Shown: one piece after another, positions 19,133-28,244 of the stretch
Layout of the letters: the number at the start of each line of letters is the position of its first letter
Numbering within the stretch: the first letter of the stretch is position 1
IMG/VR virus record: IMGVR_UViG_3300045015_000053
DNA from: a virus
Lineage: Duplodnaviria > Caudoviricetes
Direction: 5' to 3' (one strand)
Length of the DNA: 64,000 bases
The notes under the pieces: model-generated
The model's input: the letters and a program-made list of their open reading frames with translations, nothing else
What the model was told of the DNA's origin: nothing
The model's database searches: none
Made by a program: the position numbers and the translations under genes

Positions 19133-19363
19133 ATGAAGATCTTCTCACGCATCACCGTTTACCAGATGCTCGACGGGATGGAGAAGCGGGGTGACATCAA
19201 CGGTCGCCCCTACAACTTCTCGCTGACCGTGACCTTCTACAAGCTGAAGGCCGGGTTCAAGTGGACCCTTGATAGCGGGAACCGGGTACGAAACCTTCGC
19301 GGGCCGTTCGCGACCATCGAAGAGGCTGAAGCTGCGGCGAAAACCCAACTCGAAGCTTTCTGA
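19133..19363 (+). CDS. hypothetical protein
   Basis: Tight operon packing. Confidence 0.65.
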   Translation: MKIFSRITVYQMLDGMEKRGDINGRPYNFSLTVTFYKLKAGFKWTLDSGNRVRNLRGPFATIEEAEAAAKTQLEAF

Positions 19364-19371
19364 GGTGTCCA

Positions 19372-20001
19372 ATGTTTGACGAAGTGACCCAAGAGTTCAT
19401 CGACAGCATGGAGTGGTCGCCGGAAACCCCGGACGACATCAAGAAGCTCGTGATCGGCAACCTCAAGGGGCTGTCGATCATGATGGAGACGCGGCACAAG
19501 CAGCGTCCCAAACTGTACCTGTTCATCGCGCGGAAGGACAGCAGCGAGGATTACTGTCGCGGCCACCGAATGGCGAGCTATAGTTCCGACTTCGAGATGA
19601 AGAACTTCCTCACCCGCGACGAACTGATCAAGTTGTGGGCCGAGTACCTTCAGAAGAACATGAACCTCGACTGCAACGAGTCGGGTTACGCCTTCGCCGT
19701 CTTCCGCGACGGAACCAAACTGTTCGATGACCATGTTACGTTCGACGGCGGCGAGCGGTTCGGCTACAACACCGACGAGTATTACGCCAACTACGAACGG
19801 CTCGAAGTCGAAGAGGCCGACTGCAACGTCGAGATGACCGAGATCTACGCTCTGGTACGCGAAGCGGCCAACAAGCTGCAAGGTGCCAAACTCACGCAGG
19901 AAGAACGCGAGAGGGCCGAGAGAGCTAACGCCGATGCTGCCGCCGCGAAGGAAAACCGCCGGTTGCAGTTCCTCCAACTTCAGAAGGAGTTCGGACAATG
20001 A
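19372..20001 (+). CDS. hypothetical protein
   Basis: GAGGT RBS; C-terminal helical region. Confidence 0.75.
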   Translation: MFDEVTQEFIDSMEWSPETPDDIKKLVIGNLKGLSIMMETRHKQRPKLYLFIARKDSSEDYCRGHRMASYSSDFEMKNFLTRDELIKLWAEYLQKNMNLDCNESGYAFAVFRDGTKLFDDHVTFDGGERFGYNTDEYYANYERLEVEEADCNVEMTEIYALVREAANKLQGAKLTQEERERAERANADAAAAKENRRLQFLQLQKEFGQ

Positions 20002-20441
20002 GTCGCCGTCAAAGTGCCTACGAGATGCCGCCGCCCCCACCGCCCCCGCCTCTGGTGCCGATCAGAGGACGTTTCGACGCCGGTCGCGTGCCGGACTACT
20101 ACGCCGAGCGTGGGTGGTGCGAGGAATGGGCCGGTTGGAACAAGTTGACCGTCTGCACGCAGAAGTACCTGCGTGATCTGCTGCGGCAACTGTGGGAGAA
20201 CAAGAAACATCACGGGGAAAACCCGATTGTTTCGATCCACGTCAAGAACCCGTCCGGCAAGGGCAGTCGGATTCACGAGTGCTGCCGCGTGGACGGCTGG
20301 CAGACCGGGTTCGAGGCGGAATACAACCGCGAGATCGAATACTTCTGTGTGACCGAGACGGCGCTCTGCACGGACGGCAAAGACCACCAGTTCTGGCACA
20401 AGTTCAAAATCGAGGATGTCATCTGGGTGATGGTGACGTGA
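19998..20441 (+). CDS. hypothetical protein
   Basis: ATGA coupling. Confidence 0.7.
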   Translation: MSRRQSAYEMPPPPPPPPLVPIRGRFDAGRVPDYYAERGWCEEWAGWNKLTVCTQKYLRDLLRQLWENKKHHGENPIVSIHVKNPSGKGSRIHECCRVDGWQTGFEAEYNREIEYFCVTETALCTDGKDHQFWHKFKIEDVIWVMVT

Positions 20442-20443
20442 AT

Positions 20444-20474
20444 GAGAAGGCCGGGCAAAGCGCCCGGCCTTCTC
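20444..20474. terminator. bidirectional terminator
   Basis: GAGAAGGCCGGGC/GCCCGGCCTTCTC between convergent genes. Confidence 0.75.
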
Positions 20475-20477
20475 TCT

Positions 20478-20774
20478 TTACTGCGATCTCGCACAGTCGG
20501 GACAGATCACGAGTTCCTTCACGATCTGTTTCCCGACCCCTCCGTTGTCGATGCACTCCATGTGATCGAACTTGCCGCGTTTGAATACGGGCTTGTACCG
20601 GGCGGGGTGGACTACTTCTTGGTAAAACGTGACCTTGTGCTGCTTCACCCTCGGTTGGGTGACGTTCCTGCAATTGGAGCAGACGTACATTGTCTCGGCC
20701 GTTTTTGGATTGCCTTCTCGACAGGCCGAAGCCGGAAGGGTAAAGTGAGGTACACCGTATTGTGGGAGTTTCAA
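20478..20774 (-). CDS. small zinc-binding hypothetical protein
   Basis: CSNC and CPDC. Confidence 0.55.
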   Translation of the reverse strand: MKLPQYGVPHFTLPASACREGNPKTAETMYVCSNCRNVTQPRVKQHKVTFYQEVVHPARYKPVFKRGKFDHMECIDNGGVGKQIVKELVICPDCARSQ

Positions 20775-21008
20775 ATGGAAGATATGAGCAAACTCGAAAA
20801 ATTGCTGGACGTACCGATTGTCTTCGGGCTACAAGCTCAGGGACACATCCCCACGATCCAGAAGATGCTCGCGGCCGGCGCGACGTGGAAGGAGATCGGA
20901 AACAAGATCGGCTGGTGCCAAAACACCGCCAAAGAACACTACGAACGCTACCTTCAAAGGGAGAACGGCAATGCAAAGGGAAAGACACCCGCTGCCGATG
21001 GAGTCTGA
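20775..21008 (+). CDS. small HTH-like protein
   Basis: GATWKEIGNKIGW resembles an HTH. Confidence 0.5.
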   Translation: MEDMSKLEKLLDVPIVFGLQAQGHIPTIQKMLAAGATWKEIGNKIGWCQNTAKEHYERYLQRENGNAKGKTPAADGV

Positions 21009-21279
21009 CGAGATGGCCGAAGCCCTCCGGGTTTCGCATTGCGACCGCAAGAGGCAGAACCACAAGTGTCAGGGCGTCGTCACCATCGCCCCCGGCCAAC
21101 TGCGGCTCGACTGCAAACTGTGCGGCGAGGATCGGCACACGCTGGACGAGACGATGGTTCTGGTGCGAGAGGCCAGAGAGATCTGTGACATCGTCGGCGT
21201 GAACTACGACGCACTGGACGCTCAGAAGAGACGTGAATTGTTGTTGGCGGTACTGGATCTGGCTCAGAACGGCCTGTGA
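20998..21279 (+). CDS. hypothetical protein
   Basis: Cys-containing ORF overlapping the previous gene. Confidence 0.6.
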   Translation: MESDEMAEALRVSHCDRKRQNHKCQGVVTIAPGQLRLDCKLCGEDRHTLDETMVLVREAREICDIVGVNYDALDAQKRRELLLAVLDLAQNGL

Positions 21280-21335
21280 CGCACTCAGTCCGGCAGATTC
21301 CACATTGCTGCTTCCTCTGCCGGACTGAGGGTTGT

Positions 21336-21761
21336 TCACTCGAAGTAGAAGTTGAAGTCGGCTCTCAACACGTTGATCTGCTTGTCGGCTTTGCCTTCGT
21401 CCAAAACAAACGTTCCCAAGATGAGCTTGCGTTCGCCTGCGGTCCTGTCTTCCATCTCTTTTTCGATTTGGAACAACTTCTCGATGATCTCGTTCAGATC
21501 CTGCCGCCACATGGTGTGGATTCTGCCTTTGAATGACATCCGCCATCGGTCAATCGATTGCAGGCTGAAGGAGATCATCGGCAGGTTGATCTTATCGACG
21601 CCCTTCTCGATGTCTTCGGCGACCAGTTCACGCGGGAGCAGCGAGGTCGATTTCTCTTCGCTGGCGTAAATCGTTTTGACTTGGTGTTCTTTGCCACTCT
21701 TGTCTCGTACCGTCACTTTTTGAAACAGCTTCATCAGTGCTTCTTCGTTCTCGCGGATCAT
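21336..21761 (-). CDS. hypothetical protein
   Basis: GAGG RBS; typical codon usage. Confidence 0.7.
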   Translation of the reverse strand: MIRENEEALMKLFQKVTVRDKSGKEHQVKTIYASEEKSTSLLPRELVAEDIEKGVDKINLPMISFSLQSIDRWRMSFKGRIHTMWRQDLNEIIEKLFQIEKEMEDRTAGERKLILGTFVLDEGKADKQINVLRADFNFYFE

Positions 21762-21842
21762 TTTTCCTCGGTTGTTTGAACTCCTCGGTCGGCATCTACA
21801 TCTTAGTCACTTGTTTTCTTTTGGTTTGGGGTAGATACCGTT

Positions 21843-22724
21843 ATGCACGACCTCAAGTTCTCCGATTGGCTCAACGTCCAAGAAATGGCGCTCAGGAAAA
21901 TGGAACTGGTGCCGCCGCACAACCCGGACGATCCGAAATCCGCTTGGGGGCCAAAAGGCCGCAAGTACGGTTGGGACGACACCGACCGCAAGCTCGTCAC
22001 GTCCGAGGGCGGCGTGAAGAAATTCACGAAGCTGTTCGCGAACACCGAGTGGGACTTCGAGTTTTACCTCGTGCGGTCCAAAGAAGCCGCGAAGTGGGTC
22101 GAACACGGCGAAGTGACGACAGAGTGGGTTCACGATAACATCCCGCAGATGGCGACGTACCAACCGGCCGAAGACGCCATCAACGTGATCTTCACCAACA
22201 ACACCGGCGCGGAGAAGATGCACTTCTCGGCGTGGACCGCCGCTCACCGCTTGGGCCACGTCATCCAAAGGAGTCCGAACGTCGAGTATTGGAAGGAGTT
22301 CACGGCCGGTCTTCAAAGACAAATGGAAGGCATTCTGAGCCGCCACTACAACCACAAGGCCACCAGAGCTTTCTACGGCAGTAGTTTCCCAGACCAGAAG
22401 ACGGAGAAGTTGCTCGGCCGACTCGCGACGAACATGGGTACGATGCGGTCGGCTCGCCAAAACAACATCCGCAACTACTTCGAGTTCGCCTACGAACTCC
22501 TGGCCCAGTTCCTGACGACCAAGAACAAAGTTCAGTTCAACGGGCAGTTGGAGCGGATGCTCGCGACCAAGTTCGCGTGGGGCAAGCCGAGCGGCGGGGC
22601 GTACCAGAAGTACGACTCCGACAAAGAACAGATCGCGAGCGAGGTGGAGGACATCGCCGATTACTGTAACGAGTACCTCGAAGAAGTCATGCGAGAGTGC
22701 GTCGGCCGAACATTCGTGATGTAA
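21843..22724 (+). CDS. hypothetical protein with capsid-targeting-like N-terminus
   Basis: MHDLKFSDWLNVQE; TAGATA 5 nt upstream; AAHRLGH motif. Confidence 0.8.
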   Translation: MHDLKFSDWLNVQEMALRKMELVPPHNPDDPKSAWGPKGRKYGWDDTDRKLVTSEGGVKKFTKLFANTEWDFEFYLVRSKEAAKWVEHGEVTTEWVHDNIPQMATYQPAEDAINVIFTNNTGAEKMHFSAWTAAHRLGHVIQRSPNVEYWKEFTAGLQRQMEGILSRHYNHKATRAFYGSSFPDQKTEKLLGRLATNMGTMRSARQNNIRNYFEFAYELLAQFLTTKNKVQFNGQLERMLATKFAWGKPSGGAYQKYDSDKEQIASEVEDIADYCNEYLEEVMRECVGRTFVM

Positions 22725-22764
22725 CACAACGACCCAGGTGGCAATGATCCATCTGGGTCGCTGA

Positions 22765-23090
22765 ACTTTTGGGGTTATGATTGGTCCGGCTCGCTCTGTG
22801 GTGCAAACGCTAAACGGGCTTGAATCAGCCCTTTCACTCCCACAGGGAGCTATCCTTGACGACATGCCCTTCCTCTATGGCTCTGCCGGGCCAACGGGCC
22901 ACTTCCACCGCCTAGCGGTCTTAACTAGAGGTTCCGCAACATGACGTATTCTTCCGAGAGATTTCCAACCACTCGTATCCTTTTGCCCTCGGTTGCGATG
23001 TCGTCTTTCCGTCCATTTGGTTTTTCGGTCGAAACCTACTGGCCGTTAGAACGGTTTTGTCTCCTCGGACGCCGAAGCGTTTGAGGGTTT
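22765..23090 (-). ncRNA. candidate structured non-coding RNA
   Basis: ~330-nt ORF-free gap with short hairpins, bounded by hairpin 22730-22762; strand inferred from adjacent operon. Confidence 0.35.
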
Positions 23091-23097
23091 GACTTAT

Positions 23098-23898
23098 CTA
23101 GGCACTCACCTCAATTGTTGGTTTCAGCCACTGTACAAAAAGGTGTGGGTTTTCTCGCACATACGCCGGCATCATTTCGAGCGACACCACCTTGTTGCGC
23201 GACTCGTCCAGCGGCATTTGGCGGTCGAACGGGTCTTTGCCGGCCTTCATCCGCTCGGCGATCTTGTCCACGTCCGTAAATTGCGGCAAGTCGAACTCGA
23301 CGTGCATGTACGATTCGATCTTCTTCTTCACCCGCTCCGCGCCTCCCATGAACCCGAAGTGCCAGCCCCCTTTGTCCATCGTCAACACCGGCGACTTGTG
23401 GCGGAACGTGTGCATGTCCCACCGCTGTTCGTAGATCAGCCCCATCCGGGCGATCCGCGTACCCATCCAGTTGCTGCCGATCCGCAGGTTCAAGTAGTAT
23501 TGGTAGATCTCCTGCTTGAAGGCGATGTCGCCGCGATGAAGGTAGTCCACCGCTTTTTTGACGACTGCCGCGTTGGGGATCTCGTCAACGTCCGACATCA
23601 TCACGGTGTCTTCCGGCTTGGCCCCTATCTGCAACAGCCCCTGCCACGCCATCTGCCGCTGGAACTGTTCGCGTGCGTGTGGCTCGCCTTTGGGCAACTG
23701 CGTCTTGATCACCGCAAGCTTGCGACCCCACTTGGCAAAGAACTCGCGCCGCTCATTGAACAGGAACGGCTTCGGCTTCCCCGAATGGGTACTGTCGGCT
23801 TCGACCAACACGAACTTGTCAACGACCGGGTCCAGTTCGTTGAGCCGGATCGTCAGTAGCTCGAACTCGTTGAAGAATGGGAAGCAGTCGTAGATCAT
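23098..23898 (-). CDS. glycosyltransferase family 17-like (beta-1,4-GlcNAc transferase)
   Basis: IYDCFPFFNE, FVLVEADSTHSG, SDVDEIP, GGWHFGF; paralog at 54474. Confidence 0.85.
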   Translation of the reverse strand: MIYDCFPFFNEFELLTIRLNELDPVVDKFVLVEADSTHSGKPKPFLFNERREFFAKWGRKLAVIKTQLPKGEPHAREQFQRQMAWQGLLQIGAKPEDTVMMSDVDEIPNAAVVKKAVDYLHRGDIAFKQEIYQYYLNLRIGSNWMGTRIARMGLIYEQRWDMHTFRHKSPVLTMDKGGWHFGFMGGAERVKKKIESYMHVEFDLPQFTDVDKIAERMKAGKDPFDRQMPLDESRNKVVSLEMMPAYVRENPHLFVQWLKPTIEVSA

Positions 23899-25334
23899 TT
23901 CAGCCCCTTCACGCGGATCACCTTGTTGTCGTAGACCTCGCGCAACTTGCCCTCTTTCAGCAGCCGGTATGATTCTTTCCAGTGCGAGCCGACGAACGGG
24001 TGGTGGTTGCCGGCTTCAATAGCCTCGGTCCCGATCTTGATCTTCTTGGCGTACCGCTCGTAGCCCCTGATCGGGTAGTGGTGCAACCACATTTCTTTCA
24101 GAAGGCCGATGGCCCCGGCGTAGTCGATGATGTTGTCCTGCCCCATCCCGATCTTGATGCCCTTGTAGGGGCGGTAGGCAAACCGGCCGCTGCACCACTT
24201 CCCGAACTTGCGGTCGTGGCGGTGGTAGATGGGCATCTGCTTGGTGCTGAACGGCTCCTCGATAAGATCGGTCGGCGGATGCTCGTAGAGGCAATCAGCC
24301 AGCACCGCTCCGAAGTTGGGCTGCACCATTCTCAGGTTTTCCATACCGCACCAGAACTCGTCGCCGTCGATGGGAACGACCCATGACGCCCCCCGTTCCA
24401 ACGCCATCTCCCCCATTCGGCTCTGCCACAGGTCTTGACGGTACTCGTTGGACGGTTCGTCAACGATGTGGACGTTCTTGAAAGTGGCCGCGATCTCACG
24501 GGTGCGGTCGGTCGAGGCGTTATCCATTAGGATCACTTCGTCAACGCCGTTGGCGAAGTTGTGTTCGAGGCATTCGGCGAGGATGTCCTCTTCGTTACGC
24601 ACCAGCATGGTGGCGACGATTTTCTGTCGTTGGTGTTCGAGCTTGATCATGCCGGGTGCCTCGCCGTTCGCGTTCTTGTAGTGCAAAGTGGGCAACTTCT
24701 CTTTGTTCAGGCCGTGTGCCTTGAGTTGGTGATCGATCAGGTGTTCGTGGCACCACGTCGCCGACTCCTTCAGCAAGTAGGTGTCCATCAGGTCGGGGAG
24801 CGTCATCATGACTTCCATCGTGTTCCGATCCGCGATGAACAGGTTGTCCGTCAACTCCATGAACACGCTGTTCTGGGGGAAGTAGACCGTTCCGGGCTTC
24901 GGCGAGAAGTCGATGGGGAGGCCGGTGAAGACGTAATCGGGGCGGAATCTAATGACGGTGTCGTACCTGAAGCCGTTCCGCTGTTCGTAGTCCTTTAGGA
25001 GCATCCACGCCCGCTTCAGGATGTGGAACATGCAGAAGCTGTCGTGACCCTGTCGGTTCTTGTGGCAACTGGCGTCGAACTTCCGGTACTTCTCGAAGTA
25101 GCGGTTCTTCAGCACCGCCGATTCGAGTACCGCGTTGAAGTTCGAGATCTCCACCGTCTTCGCGTTGAAGATGGCCTTCGTCTTCTCCGCGTCGATCAGG
25201 GGTGCGTCGGGCGTGCATTCCTCGCGGTCCCATGTGGCGAGAAATATGTCCGCGTGGAACTTGTTTTTCATCTGCCTGACGAACTCTTCGCTGTTGTAGC
25301 GGAGGTGGCCGGAAAGGAATATCGCTTTACGCAT
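23895..25334 (-). CDS. two-domain glycosyltransferase (N-terminal putative GT domain + GT2)
   Basis: YDTVIRFRPD; VRNEEDIL, DNASTDRT, PIDGDEFW. Confidence 0.8.
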   Translation of the reverse strand: MRKAIFLSGHLRYNSEEFVRQMKNKFHADIFLATWDREECTPDAPLIDAEKTKAIFNAKTVEISNFNAVLESAVLKNRYFEKYRKFDASCHKNRQGHDSFCMFHILKRAWMLLKDYEQRNGFRYDTVIRFRPDYVFTGLPIDFSPKPGTVYFPQNSVFMELTDNLFIADRNTMEVMMTLPDLMDTYLLKESATWCHEHLIDHQLKAHGLNKEKLPTLHYKNANGEAPGMIKLEHQRQKIVATMLVRNEEDILAECLEHNFANGVDEVILMDNASTDRTREIAATFKNVHIVDEPSNEYRQDLWQSRMGEMALERGASWVVPIDGDEFWCGMENLRMVQPNFGAVLADCLYEHPPTDLIEEPFSTKQMPIYHRHDRKFGKWCSGRFAYRPYKGIKIGMGQDNIIDYAGAIGLLKEMWLHHYPIRGYERYAKKIKIGTEAIEAGNHHPFVGSHWKESYRLLKEGKLREVYDNKVIRVKGLK

Positions 25335-25336
25335 GC

Positions 25337-25903
25337 TCAGTTCTTGATGAAGAGGGGTTTGTTGATTTTGAATACCGTACCGACCTTCTTGGCGAGCATT
25401 TCGACGTAGCGGCCGTCGTCGGCGATGTCGTTGCCGGGCCACGGGGTCGTCTTCACCACGTCGGCGGCGGCGATCCAGTTGCCCAGGTCGCACTCCGTGA
25501 TCTTCGGCTGACAGCGGCAGACGCTCCAGCCGAACTCGCGGTGGAGCATGTCGCACATGACCATCTTGCAGTCGTTGCTGTCGCGGAAGACCTTCAGCAT
25601 TTCTTCGAGGTAGCCGGGGACGTAGTAGTTGTCGTCGTTGGTCAAGCCGATCACGTCGCCGGTGCAGTGCTTGATCGCGAGATTGCGATACGGGTGGCCC
25701 CAGAATCCCAGAAGTGCGGGGGTTTCGAGCATGACGAGACGTGGGTCGGCGAACGACGCGACGAGTTGTTTGGCGTTGTCGTTCGGGCCGTCAGTCGTTA
25801 TGATCGCTTCCCAGTCCTCGTGCGTCTGACGCTTCAGACAGAGGATCATGGCGAGCAGTCGGTCAACGGGGTACTTCACACGCACGCAGATGGATGCTTT
25901 CAT
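25337..25903 (-). CDS. glycosyltransferase family 2
   Basis: IITTDGP, GHPYRNLAI, LTNDDNYY. Confidence 0.85.
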   Translation of the reverse strand: MKASICVRVKYPVDRLLAMILCLKRQTHEDWEAIITTDGPNDNAKQLVASFADPRLVMLETPALLGFWGHPYRNLAIKHCTGDVIGLTNDDNYYVPGYLEEMLKVFRDSNDCKMVMCDMLHREFGWSVCRCQPKITECDLGNWIAAADVVKTTPWPGNDIADDGRYVEMLAKKVGTVFKINKPLFIKN

Positions 25904-25954
25904 CTGAAAGCATTGTAGTCCGAAACTTTTTCTAGATTTTTTTCAAGTCTGGTG

Positions 25955-25983
25955 TTGGAAATCGAAAACAAGGTCGCTACTAT
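25955..25983 (+). promoter_or_regulatory. sigma70-like promoter of main tRNA cluster
   Basis: TTGGAA-N17-TACTAT, 5 nt before the first tRNA. Confidence 0.55.
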
Positions 25984-25988
25984 AAACA

Positions 25989-26059
25989 TGCGGAGTGGAG
26001 GAGAGGTTCCTTGTGAGGCTCATAACCTCAAGACGCTGGTTCGAGTCCAGCCTCCGTAA
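25989..26059 (+). tRNA. tRNA-Met(CAT), initiator-like
   Basis: TGAGG-CT CAT AA-CCTCA; acceptor TGCGGAG/CTCCGTA. Confidence 0.9.
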
Positions 26060-26065
26060 CTAGAC

Positions 26066-26136
26066 TGCGGGTTGGAGGAGAGGTTCCTTGTGAGGCTCAT
26101 AACCTCAAGACACTGGTTCGAGTCCAGTACCCGCGA
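26066..26136 (+). tRNA. tRNA-Met(CAT), tandem near-duplicate
   Basis: Same D and anticodon arms as previous; acceptor TGCGGGT/ACCCGCG. Confidence 0.9.
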
Positions 26137-26211
26137 CTCAGGCAGACGGAAAGAATTTTGGAAATCTGCCAAAAGGCGTGAACCACTTACGGGTGAAAGC
26201 GTCTATACTAC

Positions 26212-26560
26212 ACGGGCCGACGATGTCCATCCAAAAGGGATGGCTCACTCGACCCAAACCCAATGAAGCCGTAGGGGTGGATTTGGGGTCCAAATAATGC
26301 GAGTTCAATCTCGCGGAAGTCACTGCCATGTTCGTCGTAAACCACAAGCCAGGGAAACAGATGCAAGCGCAGGCAGTGCGCGTTTGCACTGGCATTACCG
26401 TCAACGGACCCGCCGCCGCATGGTGCGAACGTCCGCAAGGTAATGATAAGACCAAGACTCCCTGACTTCTCATCAGAGATCAGTCGGGGATTAACTCCCC
26501 CGGCGATAGCACACAAGAACCCTCGCCGGGGTCAAAGCTCTGGCGAGGGTTCTTTCGTTT
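26212..26560 (+). ncRNA. unidentified structured RNA with own promoter and terminator
   Basis: TATACT at ~26203; hairpin GCGAGTTCAATCTCGC at 26299; terminator AAGAACCCTCGCC/GGCGAGGGTTCTT-T at 26515-26560. Confidence 0.55.
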
Positions 26561-26601
26561 GGGAGACTGAGATGACGTATAAACGCAGGGGCTTTTAATC
26601 T

Positions 26602-26675
26602 GGCCCCGAAAGCTTTAGCTAGATGAGCAACAGCCTTTTAAGCTGTGGAAGAGGGTGCGATTCCCTACGGGGCTA
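26602..26675 (+). tRNA. tRNA-Lys(TTT)
   Basis: ACAGC-CT TTT AA-GCTGT; acceptor GGCCCCG/CGGGGCT. Confidence 0.85.
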
Positions 26676-26681
26676 CTGAAT

Positions 26682-26754
26682 GGCCCGCTTGCTACAACGG
26701 AGAAGCGCCGAGCTTTTAACTCGGTCACGGTCGGTTCGATTCCGACGCGGGCTA
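26682..26754 (+). tRNA. tRNA-Lys(TTT)
   Basis: CCGAG-CT TTT AA-CTCGG. Confidence 0.85.
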
Positions 26755-26859
26755 CTCCAAATGACGTGTAATTGTGTTGTCGTTGTCACCGCGAGTTGCA
26801 TGCCAACTTGCTTGACAAAATCACACTGCAAAAGACTTACGAAGCTGAATGGGAAAGAC

Positions 26860-26933
26860 GGCTGTGTAGCATAATTGGTAGTGCGACGGTTTCATAAGCC
26901 GTGTCAGCGTCGGTTCGACTCCGACCACAGCTA
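26860..26933 (+). tRNA. tRNA with CAT anticodon (Met or Ile2)
   Basis: ACGGT-TT CAT AA-GCCGT. Confidence 0.85.
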
Positions 26934-26990
26934 CTAACGCCTGGATTCATCTCCGGGCCGTTCTTTGACAAGTAGGTAAGCCATAATACG

Positions 26991-27029
26991 GTGACTCACA
27001 CGTCAATTACCAGTTGACGTGTGAGTCAC
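26991..27029. repeat. perfect 16-bp inverted repeat with 7-nt loop
   Basis: GTGACTCACACGTCAA-TTACCAG-TTGACGTGTGAGTCAC. Confidence 0.85.
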
Positions 27030-27036
27030 CTGAAAC

Positions 27037-27108
27037 GGCCCGTTCGACTTCTGGCGAGGTCAGCAGTTTTTCAAACTGTTCAGGCGAGATCGAAACTCGC
27101 ACGGGTCA
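27037..27108 (+). tRNA. non-canonical tRNA-Glu(TTC)
   Basis: GCAGT-TT TTC AA-ACTGT; T loop ATCGAAA. Confidence 0.65.
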
Positions 27109-27174
27109 CTGCACGACATTGCGGATGATAGAACCTGTCAAAAGGTTTAGCGCCTTCTGTAATGCGTGCTACAT

Positions 27175-27246
27175 GGCCCATTCGACTTCTAGTGAGGTCA
27201 CCTGTTTCTCGAACAGGTCAGGTCGGAGCGTAACCGACATGGGTCA
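27175..27246 (+). tRNA. non-canonical tRNA-Glu(CTC)
   Basis: CCTGT-TT CTC GA-ACAGG; T loop AGCGTAA; paralog of previous. Confidence 0.65.
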
Positions 27247-27265
27247 CTGACGGCTTCCAAAGAAT

Positions 27266-27336
27266 GCGGGATTGATGAAGTGGTATCGTGTCACGCTTCC
27301 AACGTGAACTCGCCGGTTCGATTCCGGCATCCCGTA
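27266..27336 (+). tRNA. tRNA-Gly(TCC)
   Basis: TCACG-CT TCC AA-CGTGA. Confidence 0.9.
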
Positions 27337-27393
27337 CTTGCAAGGTTCCATTTTTGTCTATAGTGTGTGGGGCAACTCAAACACGAGGCAATC

Positions 27394-27690
27394 ATGAAAC
27401 GGCAAAAGATCAAGCTCGAAGGCGGTCCACTGGATGGCGCGGAGATGGAGGTCGATGAACACATCTTCAAGTCCATCTTGGCTCAAGGTGGGCTGACGCT
27501 GGAGTGGCCCTTCGAGGAAGAAAAGTTCGATCCGATGAAGTTTACAGTCAGGGCGAACAAACCCGTGACGTATCAGGATCGAGGAATGTCGTCAATCGAT
27601 GATCAACCGATTTACGACTACGAATCGGCGTACCCTCTGTGGTACGAAAACGACAAGGACCAGATCATGGAAATGATCAAAGGTAATTAA
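27394..27690 (+). CDS. hypothetical protein
   Basis: GAGG RBS; LEGGPLDG motif. Confidence 0.65.
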   Translation: MKRQKIKLEGGPLDGAEMEVDEHIFKSILAQGGLTLEWPFEEEKFDPMKFTVRANKPVTYQDRGMSSIDDQPIYDYESAYPLWYENDKDQIMEMIKGN

Positions 27691-27699
27691 GTTGATCTT

Positions 27700-27832
27700 G
27701 TTGTGGTAGCTCAGTAGTAGAGCAGCGGACATGGCGAAAGCCTGTTGTCTCGCAATTTTTGCCCGCAAGGGATGCCTGATGGGATTACATTTTAATCCGC
27801 CGGTCGCAGGGTGCGAATCCTTGCCCACAACA
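27700..27832 (+). tRNA. tRNA-Lys(TTT) interrupted by a 59-nt insert (RNA module copy 3)
   Basis: GCGGA-C[27731-27789]TTTTAA-TCCGC; removing 59 nt restores a 7-nt loop. Confidence 0.75.
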
Positions 27833-27838
27833 CTAGAC

Positions 27839-27913
27839 TGCCGAAGATTCAGTGCTGGTACTGTAGTTCGCCTTTGAAGCGAAATGTCTCAGGTTCGATT
27901 CCTGATTCGGCAA
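27839..27913 (+). tRNA. tRNA-Gln(TTG)
   Basis: TTCGC-CT TTG AA-GCGAA. Confidence 0.85.
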
Positions 27914-27918
27914 CTTAC

Positions 27919-27992
27919 CAGGGCGTGGGAAAGCTTGGAAATCCGCTTGCGTCGGAAGCAAGAGATCGGCGGTTCAAATCCGCCCGCCCTGA
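27919..27992 (+). tRNA. tRNA-Pro(CGG)
   Basis: CTTGC-GT CGG AA-GCAAG. Confidence 0.85.
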
Positions 27993-27995
27993 CTT

Positions 27996-28066
27996 CGGGG
28001 ATTGGTATAGTGGAAGCACACATGCTTCGGGAGCATGTAGCGCAGGTTCGATTCCTGTATCCCCGA
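27996..28066 (+). tRNA. tRNA-Pro(CGG)
   Basis: CATGC-TT CGG GA-GCATG; weak D stem. Confidence 0.75.
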
Positions 28067-28116
28067 CTGAATAGGAAGGAATAGGAAAGCCTTCCGAAAT
28101 GATCGAAGTAAAACAT

Positions 28117-28191
28117 TGTCGAGGATTGAGTGCTGGTACTCTTGTCTGCCTCTGAAGCAGAATGTCTCAGGTTCGATTCCTGACTCGACAA
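28117..28191 (+). tRNA. tRNA-Gln(CTG)
   Basis: TCTGC-CT CTG AA-GCAGA. Confidence 0.85.
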
Positions 28192-28244
28192 CTAGATTGG
28201 CTCTGAGATTTGTGTTTTTCAGAGCCGACTTGCTAAGATAGTGT

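Noticed and set aside
25989-26136. CRISPR array
   Set aside because: The repeat is two tandem Met tRNAs. The 60-bp repeats at 31610 are coding. No repeat-spacer array was seen in the window.
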